Positions 6,637 through 15,292 of a DNA stretch of 64,000 nucleotides are shown piece by piece. A model generated the notes under the pieces. That model ran no database searches. It saw nothing but the letters and a program-made list of their open reading frames with translations, and was not told the DNA's origin. Origin of the DNA: a virus. Its lineage: Duplodnaviria > Heunggongvirae > Uroviricota > Caudoviricetes. The translations under genes were made by a program, and so were the position numbers. Within the stretch, counting starts at the first letter, position 1. The number at the start of each line of letters is the position of its first letter. The stretch is from positions 297,787 to 361,786 of IMG/VR virus record IMGVR_UViG_3300015214_000024; one strand, written 5' to 3'.

Positions 6637-7773
6637 ATGAAAAACAAATTCAATCCTGATATGGACCTGATCCGAATTGCATTCGAGAATGCCAACGTTC
6701 CTGTGCGACTAGTTGGCGGCTGTGTCCGGGATATGCTGTTGGGCATTAATCCTAAGGATTGGGATATGACCACGCCGGCATTGCCTGATGATATTATCAG
6801 CATCTTGAGAGCAGCTAATATCGAATGCTTTGATATGAGCAACGGTCACGGCACTATTACTGCGGTGATTAACAGTGAGCCTTATGAAATCACTACATTA
6901 CGGCAGGATTTGGAAACTGATGGCCGTCACGCGGTTGTGGGTTTTACTGATGATTGGAAAGTTGACGCTGAACGTCGAGATTTCACGTTTAACGCAATGA
7001 GTATGGATTTTGACGGAGTCATTTATGACTACTTTGGTGGTATTGCTGATCTAAAAGCTGGCCTGGTACGTTTTGTTGGTGATGCTGAAAAGCGCATCCA
7101 AGAAGACTATTTGCGTATTCTGCGTTATTTTAGGTTTTTGGGCCGAATGCCCAAGCCAGAAGCAGACGTAGAAACACTGGCTATTATTTCAGCAAATCGC
7201 CAAGGACTGGCTAATATTTCTGGCGAACGTATTTGGTCTGAAATGAAGAAAATCTTCTCTGGTGAACACGTTGATTTCATTATGGATTTGATGGATCATT
7301 CAAAAATCACCGGTGCTATTGATTTGATGATTAATAAGCCGGCGGTTCCAGCATCTAGGGATCCAGTGACAATTTTGGCAGCGTATATTGATTTTGCGTT
7401 CGTTGAAATTGTGTGCGATCGTTGGAAGCTGTCCAGTAAAGAAGAAAGCCAGTTGGTGTATTTGACCAATTTTCGAAACATAATTGACGATGTCAAGGTA
7501 CTGAAAGAAGCTATTTTTGAAGGTACTGATCGTTATTATGTTTTGGAGTTGATGAAAATTCAACATCGAAAAGACGATTACGAGATTTTGAAAAATTGGA
7601 TCATTCCAACTTTTCCAGTATCTGGTAAGGATTTGATCGAAATTGGTGTAAAGCCAGGCCCAAATATGGGCTTCATCATTAAAGTATTGCGTAAATCATT
7701 TGTAGAATCAAACTATCAAATGACTAAAGAACAATTTCTTTCAATGGTTGATATAGATAAAAGCCCGGAGTAA
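6637..7773 (+). CDS. cca: class II tRNA nucleotidyltransferase (CCA-adding enzyme)
   Basis: VGGCVRD, DWD, RRDFTFNAM, EDYLRILRYFRF; DGRHAVV flexible loop. Confidence 0.9.
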   Translation: MKNKFNPDMDLIRIAFENANVPVRLVGGCVRDMLLGINPKDWDMTTPALPDDIISILRAANIECFDMSNGHGTITAVINSEPYEITTLRQDLETDGRHAVVGFTDDWKVDAERRDFTFNAMSMDFDGVIYDYFGGIADLKAGLVRFVGDAEKRIQEDYLRILRYFRFLGRMPKPEADVETLAIISANRQGLANISGERIWSEMKKIFSGEHVDFIMDLMDHSKITGAIDLMINKPAVPASRDPVTILAAYIDFAFVEIVCDRWKLSSKEESQLVYLTNFRNIIDDVKVLKEAIFEGTDRYYVLELMKIQHRKDDYEILKNWIIPTFPVSGKDLIEIGVKPGPNMGFIIKVLRKSFVESNYQMTKEQFLSMVDIDKSPE

Positions 7774-7785
7774 TCCGGGCTTTTT
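7759..7785. terminator. bidirectional intrinsic terminator
   Basis: AAAAGCCCGGA-GTAA-TCCGGGCTTTT between convergent genes. Confidence 0.85.
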
Positions 7786-8015
7786 CATTTCTTCCAAAAC
7801 ATTAAGCTTGATAGAGAAAATGTCTTCTCGACTACTTTTGGGTACTTTTTATTCAAGCGGTTAATTACAAAGCGCTCAAACAAGACTGGCGTCGCCAAAA
7901 TAGTCCTAGCATTCGCTACCATCTTAGCATCTTTATTGTGAATGATCACATTCTTCAAAATAAGCTTTGAGAATTGAACTTCTTTTTCAAATTGTTCACG
8001 AGTATAATTTGCCAT
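7785..8015 (-). CDS. small basic hypothetical protein
   Basis: 76 aa, TAGGAG SD. Confidence 0.75.
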   Translation of the reverse strand: MANYTREQFEKEVQFSKLILKNVIIHNKDAKMVANARTILATPVLFERFVINRLNKKYPKVVEKTFSLSSLMFWKK

Positions 8016-8239
8016 TTTAAAATCTCCTAAATAAGATTCTAAAATAACTTTTAGAATCCAGTGTCAGTTAAACCTTAGTCCTAACACCGGTTAATAATGG
8101 TGTTAGGACACAATTTTCGGAGGTTCACTACTTCGAGTAGGTTCCATTTGTGCTTGCATCCTTTTATGATTTAATGTATCGTAAATATATAACAAATGAC
8201 AGCAGTGTGTCAACGGTATTTATAGGTTGTGAGTAGTTT

Positions 8240-8617
8240 ATGCGAAAATTGACTGAGAGTGAACAAAAATTATGGAATGCAGTATGCCAATCTGTAATCA
8301 ATAGCCCACGAGTTCGCGTCAAGACATTAGTAAATGATAATATCATCCGCGCTTGCCCTTCGAAATATCTCGATCTCCACGGAATGACACAGGACCAGGC
8401 TTACCACAATATATCCTGCTTCATCCAACAGAACTATGATGCTAATCAGCGCGAAATTGTTATCATAACTGGCAAAGGTTCTAATGGAACTGGAAGCTTG
8501 AAAAGACTAGTTCCATATTGGTTGTCATCTACACTCAGTGATAAAGTTAGGTCTCATCGAATCGATCCTAAAAATACAGGCCAAGTATTAATATCTCTTA
8601 ATAAAAAAGTCGGTTAA
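8240..8617 (+). CDS. Smr/MutS2-domain endonuclease
   Basis: LDLHGMT, IITGKG, LKRLVPYWL; alpha-type N-terminal LTESEQKLWNAV segment. Confidence 0.9.
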   Translation: MRKLTESEQKLWNAVCQSVINSPRVRVKTLVNDNIIRACPSKYLDLHGMTQDQAYHNISCFIQQNYDANQREIVIITGKGSNGTGSLKRLVPYWLSSTLSDKVRSHRIDPKNTGQVLISLNKKVG

Positions 8618-9501
8618 AGCAAAGCTCTAACCGACTCTTCAATTTCATCCTTGTTCTTAGTACTCTTTAAACCACTTCGCTGTAAAGCTTCAATTAGTCG
8701 AGTAGTCATTTGTTCTTTTTGATCGCTATAGATTTCCATAGCAACCTTAAAGCCAACTTCAAAGCTCACTAAATCATCCTTAGTGAGCTTTCCTTTGAAC
8801 AGGATATCAACAACTGTTTCTGGGTCATCAATGTAACCAACTCTTGAAAATCTAGGAGTTGGACCAGCAGGAATTACACCCCTGTCCATCAAATAACCCA
8901 ATTGGCTTTCCCACCTATCAGCATCAACTTCGCAATAGATGTCACGATCATCTAAAATCATCCACCTACGTCGAAGACCGCGCTCAAGGTCGTATGCCCA
9001 AGAAACTTTAGCAATAGCGTTAATTGAATCTTCGCCAGCCAAATAACCAATATCCATCTTAGCCATCACGCCCAAAAGTGTTGACAAATAAACACCCTTG
9101 AATGCTGATGCAGCACCTGGAGAATAATGAGTAAATTTGAGCCATTCAGGGTTACCAGTGATTAAATCAATCTGGCAATAACCATTTTCCGGCTTCCCTT
9201 GAATTGGGATGGCAAAGTTTACCTGCAATGTATTCTTACCATTACCAGCCCGTTGAGCTTCAGGAAATGATAACAATGCGTGACTTTTAAATTTCTTCCA
9301 AGGAAATTTAATATCATCGACTGCGATATCAATGTCGCCACTGTCAGGTTGTTTACCCACAGACCCTAAAAGATTATCGTAGATATAATCTAGGTCGAAA
9401 CCAGGATATTGAATTGTCGATTGGAAATAATCAAGAGTGTCACGAATTTCTTCAAGCTTGATTCGTCTCACAGGGATATTTTTAAAAGCTGTACCACCCA
9501 T
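8614..9501 (-). CDS. Pol-beta-superfamily nucleotidyltransferase-like protein
   Basis: LGSVGK...SGDIDIAV and a third Asp in QIDLI. Confidence 0.7.
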   Translation of the reverse strand: MGGTAFKNIPVRRIKLEEIRDTLDYFQSTIQYPGFDLDYIYDNLLGSVGKQPDSGDIDIAVDDIKFPWKKFKSHALLSFPEAQRAGNGKNTLQVNFAIPIQGKPENGYCQIDLITGNPEWLKFTHYSPGAASAFKGVYLSTLLGVMAKMDIGYLAGEDSINAIAKVSWAYDLERGLRRRWMILDDRDIYCEVDADRWESQLGYLMDRGVIPAGPTPRFSRVGYIDDPETVVDILFKGKLTKDDLVSFEVGFKVAMEIYSDQKEQMTTRLIEALQRSGLKSTKNKDEIEESVRALL

Positions 9502-9561
9502 CGATTTTCTCCTTTCAAGTAGAGAATACGATATTAGTGATTAAATGTCAATACTGGGCGA

Positions 9562-10077
9562 TCATTCTCCGCCACCGTCTCCGCCTACATCACCATTTAC
9601 TAAATCTAATTCACCAGTACCCAAATCATTATCTGAATCTTGATCAAGATTGTCATTATCAGTGCCACCATACCACCATCTGCCATAAAAAGGAACTACA
9701 GGCGTGTGAGTTGATGAATTGCTACTTTTCTTTTTCTTTTTAGCTTCAGTCAATTCTTCATTATCGCCATCAGCTACAAATAGTAAAGTTTTGCTGAATC
9801 CTTCATTGATTGCATCCATAATGTGACCGTGGCCATCTAATAAATGATAATAGCCATCCAACAATACTGCGAAAGGTAAAGCATCGTGACGGCTGAATTC
9901 TCTATCATCGTGTGCTTTTTCGATCGGATGGGTGAAAAGAATTTTGGATATTGGAACTTGGCGCACGTCGACCACGTCACTATCAACTGAATCCCTGGCT
10001 TCGTTCACCAATAATGGCATATTATTTAAATATGGCGACATCTTTGGCTGATATGATGTAAAGTCGGCTGATTTCAT
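9562..10077 (-). CDS. hypothetical protein, possible ParB/Srx-like domain with acidic tail
   Basis: YHLLDGHGH resembles the ParB DGHHR motif. Confidence 0.55.
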   Translation of the reverse strand: MKSADFTSYQPKMSPYLNNMPLLVNEARDSVDSDVVDVRQVPISKILFTHPIEKAHDDREFSRHDALPFAVLLDGYYHLLDGHGHIMDAINEGFSKTLLFVADGDNEELTEAKKKKKSSNSSTHTPVVPFYGRWWYGGTDNDNLDQDSDNDLGTGELDLVNGDVGGDGGGE

Positions 10078-10119
10078 TTTATTAACCCTAGCTTATAAAC
10101 TATAGGGTATTTATTTGAT

Positions 10120-10665
10120 TTAACCATTAAACAGATAATCGATAGCCAACTTACCATTTAAATTTATATCCCGGGTCCCAATTCCAGTCCAAACTCCTAT
10201 TTCTGGCTTTGGTGGTAACCGAATTTCACGACAAAGACCTGAAATATCCATTTCATACCATTTATTTCGATCTTGATGGAAAAAATAGAAAGGCTTATTA
10301 TGGATCAAGCAATACATAGCGGTAGCCCAAGCAGTACCACCATCCACTACCATTGTGCTTGGATTGAAAGTGCCGATAGCATACACTGCATCAGTTTCCT
10401 TCACTTGATAATAGTTCCGTCTTAGCAAATTATTAACATATTTGCTCTTAGAAGGATAATGCCTGTTAAGATATGATTTAGCTTTTTTGAGCCACGGATC
10501 AGCAATAACTAAATTATTATATGGCAGTCGAACTATCTGCCCATTTGGGCAAGTGGTTTTATGTTCGTCAAATGAAAAATGAATAACCTCGTGGCCGTGA
10601 AGTGAAGCAACTTCACCCCATTCTGTATCCGCTCCTTCAGCGCCGCCAGATAACATTGTAACCAT
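10120..10665 (-). CDS. SLOG-like nucleotide-binding protein
   Basis: SGGAEGAD, LLRRN, GGTAWA motifs. Confidence 0.6.
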   Translation of the reverse strand: MVTMLSGGAEGADTEWGEVASLHGHEVIHFSFDEHKTTCPNGQIVRLPYNNLVIADPWLKKAKSYLNRHYPSKSKYVNNLLRRNYYQVKETDAVYAIGTFNPSTMVVDGGTAWATAMYCLIHNKPFYFFHQDRNKWYEMDISGLCREIRLPPKPEIGVWTGIGTRDINLNGKLAIDYLFNG

Positions 10666-10702
10666 AAAACAATTATAAAAAATATCAGTCTTCCAGTCAA
10701 GA

Positions 10703-10733
10703 AAATACCGGTGATTTTCATCACCGGTATTTT
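10703..10733. terminator. intrinsic terminator
   Basis: AAATACCGGTGA-TTTTCA-TCACCGGTATTTT. Confidence 0.75.
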
Positions 10734-10736
10734 GTA

Positions 10737-11576
10737 TTACTTACGCCATCCTGGGGGCGGTGCAGCATAAGTTGTAGTGTTTGAATAGCTTGGGAAAGCC
10801 TGTGGTGACGAATTCCTGTAAGGAAGAATAATACCACGAGCTTCAAGACCATTTGCATCATCATAATAAATGCAAACTAGCGCATCAGGGTAATTTGGAT
10901 CGCGCTTTTCAAAAGTAGTCGTAGTGGTTTGAAAAGTTTGCGCATCGCCATATTCAGTACCAAGATTTTGGCTGCTGAATGATTTCATCACGGCGTTATT
11001 ACCAGATGTTAATGTAGTATTCAAAGTGGCAGCACTTCTCGTTCCTCCTGAAGGAGCAGCCATAGCCACACTATCCAAGCCTGATCCTACTACATTGTTA
11101 CATACACTTGATCCTAATGGAGTATTCCAAAGTGGATCACTTGCGGTGCTTGTAAAAGTATAGCTAGGAAATGTATTAATCGGCGGAACATATTTTGGTC
11201 TAAATACCATCATACCTATGACACCAACGTTTTTCTTACCGCGTCCTGTTCGATTAGAATATGATCCTGAGGATGAACCAAATTGAAATTTCGCAGCAGT
11301 GTCTGCATCAACTTTCCAACCAGGAATGTTAAGTGTTTGCCAAGGTTCCAAAACATATCCTTGACTGTCAGCACCGGCAGGCTTTCCATCAATAACGCTC
11401 AAACCATCAACACTTGGAATGGCTAAAATGCGCTCTGGTGAATTGTTTTTAATTCTCAATTCATAATTTGAATTTGTTCGGCCTTCAACAAAGACCAAAC
11501 CCTGATGCTGATATTCAGTCAACGGCTGACCGTTAATAACTAGACTTAGTTCATATTGATTAGTATTATCAAACAT
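10737..11576 (-). CDS. conserved hypothetical protein adjacent to vWA gene
   Basis: 279-aa ORF with GGAGG SD; SVDGLSVIDG, IPGW motifs. Confidence 0.8.
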   Translation of the reverse strand: MFDNTNQYELSLVINGQPLTEYQHQGLVFVEGRTNSNYELRIKNNSPERILAIPSVDGLSVIDGKPAGADSQGYVLEPWQTLNIPGWKVDADTAAKFQFGSSSGSYSNRTGRGKKNVGVIGMMVFRPKYVPPINTFPSYTFTSTASDPLWNTPLGSSVCNNVVGSGLDSVAMAAPSGGTRSAATLNTTLTSGNNAVMKSFSSQNLGTEYGDAQTFQTTTTTFEKRDPNYPDALVCIYYDDANGLEARGIILPYRNSSPQAFPSYSNTTTYAAPPPGWRK

Positions 11577-11593
11577 TGTCGTGTCCTCCTTTA

Positions 11594-12364
11594 TTACAAA
11601 GATTGATCGCGCTCTGCTTGGGTATATGTTGCCGAAGCACGAAGTGCGTCGCCAGCAAACCCTTTCGCATAAGCGGTTCTAGTTCTTGTTGTAATAGAGG
11701 ACAATGCTGCCATTGAGCCAGCCATATTTGAAGTATTGTATTGAACTGTATTATTGGTACCAAAGCCCATTGCACTACCTTCGTGGAAAGCGTCAATGTT
11801 TGCACCCATAAACAAGAACGTCCAATCCTTGCCTTCTGCCTTTTCAACTAAAGCCTTAATAGCTGTTTTATTGAAACGATTAGAGCAATTTTCTTCACCA
11901 TCAGTTAAGATAACGACGATAACGCCAGGACGTTCCGCTTTTTTCTTTGATGAAATTACTGCATTAGCTTTAGTGATATTATCACCAATCGCATCTAGAA
12001 GATTGGTTGATCCGCTTGGTCGATAAGTGCTTGTGGTTAGCGGTTCTACGGTTTTGATGTCTTTGTTTTCGAAAATGTACTTGACTTGTGAGCCGTTAAA
12101 TTTACTTAACGTGAGTAAGCATTCACCATCACCAATTTGCTGTTCTTTTAGCCAAGAATTGAATGAATCGATAGTTTGCTGAGTTACACTAGACATACTT
12201 GAAGATTCGTCCAAAACAACGTGTATCAAAACACCATTTGAACCGGCTTTTTTAATTTTTTCATTGGTGGAAACATTTACTGTTGAAGTAGCAATTGTTT
12301 GTGCTTTTGGAGTGAATTGTGGGAAAGCGTTAGGCATCCCAGATGGAGTACGAATATTTCGCAT
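11594..12364 (-). CDS. von Willebrand factor A domain protein
   Basis: VLDESSSM (MIDAS), TNLLDAIG, ILTDGEEN. Confidence 0.9.
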   Translation of the reverse strand: MRNIRTPSGMPNAFPQFTPKAQTIATSTVNVSTNEKIKKAGSNGVLIHVVLDESSSMSSVTQQTIDSFNSWLKEQQIGDGECLLTLSKFNGSQVKYIFENKDIKTVEPLTTSTYRPSGSTNLLDAIGDNITKANAVISSKKKAERPGVIVVILTDGEENCSNRFNKTAIKALVEKAEGKDWTFLFMGANIDAFHEGSAMGFGTNNTVQYNTSNMAGSMAALSSITTRTRTAYAKGFAGDALRASATYTQAERDQSL

Positions 12365-12471
12365 TATTTGTTTTCCTTTACGTTGGGTCTTACGGTATCC
12401 TTAACGTGGATAATAACTTGCCCGATTAAATGAAGCATTTACTAGCTTCATTTCTATTTATACTAAAATGA

Positions 12472-12993
12472 TCACTTTTTGTCAATATTTCTTAGAATTA
12501 TTTCAGAAGCTTGATTAATATCCTCAATAATAGTAAATGGAATGTTATGGCGATCCAATAATTCCATTAATCGCATATCAATATCAATTGCACCTTGTTC
12601 GTCTTGATAGCGGCCAACAGGATCATATTTTGTCATACGCTTTAAGAAATAATTTTCGTTGTTATATGTTTTAAAGATCTCAACTACTAAAGGCTCGAAC
12701 CCAGTGAAATATTCGTGTGGTTTATACATTAGTCCTTGAACTAGTGGCGCATCAGTGATCACAAAATCAACCTTATCAGCAATACGATGCAGTTTACGAG
12801 CCTGCTTTGCTAAAATATAAAGTTGATCCTCTAGAAGTACATTCATACGATCTTCCCAAACAAGATCCTTTGCATATTCTGTAACTAACTCAACGTTTAA
12901 ATTTTTCTTTTTTAAATCAGCAAAAACTTGTGCAGTTGTGGTTGATTTGCCCGCGCCTGGGCCAGCAAAAAAATTTAAAATTGTGGCTTTCAT
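12472..12993 (-). CDS. P-loop ATPase/kinase (NadR/AAA_28-like)
   Basis: AGPGAGKST, ELVTEYAKD, ITDAP. Confidence 0.85.
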   Translation of the reverse strand: MKATILNFFAGPGAGKSTTTAQVFADLKKKNLNVELVTEYAKDLVWEDRMNVLLEDQLYILAKQARKLHRIADKVDFVITDAPLVQGLMYKPHEYFTGFEPLVVEIFKTYNNENYFLKRMTKYDPVGRYQDEQGAIDIDMRLMELLDRHNIPFTIIEDINQASEIILRNIDKK

Positions 12994-13502
12994 TTCAAAA
13001 TCCTATCCATTACGATGTTCATTGACACTACATTAGTGCCACTCATTGGGTAATATGGTATTCCGTGCTTTTCTAATATAGAAATGATGTTAATGTCGAT
13101 ATTCTTCGACGTTGCTTCATCGTGTGCTCGACCACTTTCTTCAAAGCCATAATTTCGAGTTAGCATAAAATTGATATTATTATATGAATTGAATACATCA
13201 ACTACGAGTGGTTCAAAGGTTGGATAATAATTTGGGATTTGGTATGCAAGTGCTAATATTCCTGGTGAATCAGTTACGACATAATCTACCTTTCCACGAA
13301 GACGTTCCATTCTTCGATTTTGCTTAGCAAATACGTACAATTGGTCTTTTAGAATTTTTAACTGTTCTTCATAAACAATGTCCTTAGCAACTTCTGTCAC
13401 CAATTCGACATTCAGGCCGCGTTCTTTTAATGTATAGAAAACCTTGGCGGCGGCGGTACTTTTACCAATACCTGGGCCACCCAAAATGTTTATAACTTTC
13501 AT
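12990..13502 (-). CDS. P-loop ATPase/kinase (NadR/AAA_28-like), tandem paralog
   Basis: GGPGIGKST, ELVTEVAKD, VTDSP. Confidence 0.85.
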   Translation of the reverse strand: MKVINILGGPGIGKSTAAAKVFYTLKERGLNVELVTEVAKDIVYEEQLKILKDQLYVFAKQNRRMERLRGKVDYVVTDSPGILALAYQIPNYYPTFEPLVVDVFNSYNNINFMLTRNYGFEESGRAHDEATSKNIDINIISILEKHGIPYYPMSGTNVVSMNIVMDRILK

Positions 13503-13572
13503 TATTATCTACCTCTTGAATTTCATTCAAATTAGCAGATATTGGAATAAAAATCAAATTAATAATAAAGCT

Positions 13573-14352
13573 TTAAGCCAGGACGGTAATCATTTCTATC
13601 ATAGTTAAAACTTGACCCCGTTGCGGACCACCACGTTTAAATGAAACGTGAATCCAAATTGATCTACCGTGTTCCATAATTAGTTGATCAAACGGTAAAT
13701 GATCTCGGATCCATTGCGCCCGTGTTAAATATTCACTATTGGCTAACCCTGCCCATTGGATATCGGCGGCCATTCCTCGATAATGTTGGGACCTACCACT
13801 ACCTCTCCTAAATCCACTGTTAATTCTGAATCCATTTGGATATCGTGCCTTTAATGGTTCTAATACATTGGTGCATAATGCTTTCAAATTACAGACGACC
13901 TCTGGCAATGAAAGTCCACACTGCGATGCAACTCGGTAAGGAAAAATGCATTTTGACGAAAGTTGGCCTAAATTGAAATTAGGAGAAAGTTGATAATTGT
14001 CAGCAGGATATGATGGAACATTTCCGCAAATTACATTACTGCCTTGGCCACCGGATCCTTGTGTAGTATCTGATGGAGCACCAGTATCTACGCCGCCAGC
14101 AGCAGCAAATTCTGCATCAACCTGCGCTTGTTGTTCTGGTGATAAAGTTGGCTTATCATCAACATCATCACTATCTGCTAATATACCATTGAAAGATGCA
14201 TTTGCTGAACCAATCCCGCCACTATCACCAACATACACATTAATTCCTTGTGCAATAACTTTATTCTTTTGAGTGTGTGCTGATAGATTTGACGTAGACC
14301 TTTGATCGTGATCGTCATTGTCTTGATCTTTAACAACCATCCATTTACCCAT
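13573..14352 (-). CDS. peptidase M15 peptidoglycan hydrolase with PAAR-like N-terminal region
   Basis: LSPNFNL, INSGFR, SQHYRGMAADI, WIHVS; N-terminal DDH...KVIAQGINVYVGD. Confidence 0.8.
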   Translation of the reverse strand: MGKWMVVKDQDNDDHDQRSTSNLSAHTQKNKVIAQGINVYVGDSGGIGSANASFNGILADSDDVDDKPTLSPEQQAQVDAEFAAAGGVDTGAPSDTTQGSGGQGSNVICGNVPSYPADNYQLSPNFNLGQLSSKCIFPYRVASQCGLSLPEVVCNLKALCTNVLEPLKARYPNGFRINSGFRRGSGRSQHYRGMAADIQWAGLANSEYLTRAQWIRDHLPFDQLIMEHGRSIWIHVSFKRGGPQRGQVLTMIEMITVLA

Positions 14353-14392
14353 AGTGAATTTTCCTATTATATTGTCAGGTATTTATTCAAGA

Positions 14393-14417
14393 CAAAAGGC
14401 GCACTAGGCGCCTTTTG
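14393..14417. terminator. intrinsic terminator ending the ncRNA/tRNA-Ala transcript
   Basis: CAAAAGGCGC-ACTAG-GCGCCTTTTG. Confidence 0.85.
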
Positions 14418-14754
14418 GTACCCTTTAAGAGAGAAGGACTAGAGATGATAAATCATTTCTAGAGTTATACTCCGGAGCGCTCGTCGCATCCGCCCCCCTG
14501 TGTGTGATTTATAGAGCCCTTCAGGTCTGACTCTTTTTGAAGGCTCAAATTTGACTTCCCGGACCATTAATGGTGCCAAGTGGAAGGTAATTCCAGTGTC
14601 GGCTTTCAGTGACTCGAGCCGTATTTCAAAAGCAACTTAACATACCTGCCCGGTGGTATGATCTCTCCAGTTTGTAAAATATTTACAGTGACCGTCTACT
14701 CGTTTGAAACAAGTGTGTGAGGAGGCTGTTCTCACCTTTAAGTTGCGAGCATCC
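14418..14754 (-). ncRNA. candidate ~340-nt structured ncRNA A
   Basis: no ORF of 60 aa or more apart from one over the tRNA; GC-enriched; nested long-range helices and many hairpins; lies between tRNA-Ala and a terminator. Confidence 0.65.
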
Positions 14755-14780
14755 AATATTATATAATAATATTGTATGTG

Positions 14781-14853
14781 TGGAGAATATCGGGCTCGAA
14801 CCGATCACCTCTTGAATGCAAATCAAGTGCTCTCCCAGATGAGCTAATTCCCC
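14781..14853 (-). tRNA. tRNA-Ala(TGC)
   Basis: GGGGAAT/ATTCTCC with G3:U70, CTTGA-TTTGCAT-TCAAG; CCA not encoded. Confidence 0.95.
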
Positions 14854-14855
14854 AT

Positions 14856-15243
14856 AAAGGTCCGCTTCAACAATAAACGAGACCAATACCATTATATTTA
14901 ATATAATGTAACATTAATACAAATGAATTTGTATTAATGGCTGTACAGGTTTGGTAAGCCTGTATGAATGTTTGGCAGATCAAGTTCTTACCTAACTTTT
15001 GCGCCGATCTGCTTCACAGTAAGTATCTCTCTTAGTTTATCACCAACTTTTTCCGGCTTCTAGCTAAGTAAGCATTTAAATGCTTGGATACTATAAATTT
15101 CGAAATTTATATAACGCTTGTAAGAATTACGATTGCATTGTACACTGCAACCAACTTGCTTTCACATTAAGCTTTTCGGCCATCTCCATATCTCATTTCA
15201 TTAGATGGGCCTATGATTAATCCAGGCTTAATGCTTCCACGCA
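14856..15243 (-). ncRNA. candidate ~390-nt structured ncRNA B
   Basis: ORF-free, contiguous hairpins, directly downstream of a sigma70 promoter. Confidence 0.6.
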
Positions 15244-15254
15244 TTAATATATTC

Positions 15255-15283
15255 AATATAGTAAACATCTATTACAATGTCAA
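15255..15283 (-). promoter_or_regulatory. sigma70-type promoter
   Basis: TTGACA-17 nt-TATATT. Confidence 0.75.
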
Positions 15284-15292
15284 CTATAATTG

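Noticed and set aside
8090-8160. c-di-GMP-I riboswitch
   Set aside because: Only vague resemblance; the GNRA tetraloop/receptor and conserved junction nucleotides are not identifiable.
14418-15243. RNase P RNA or group I intron identity for ncRNAs A and B
   Set aside because: No GAGGAAAGUCC-type P4 signature, no recognisable group I core and no interrupted host gene.
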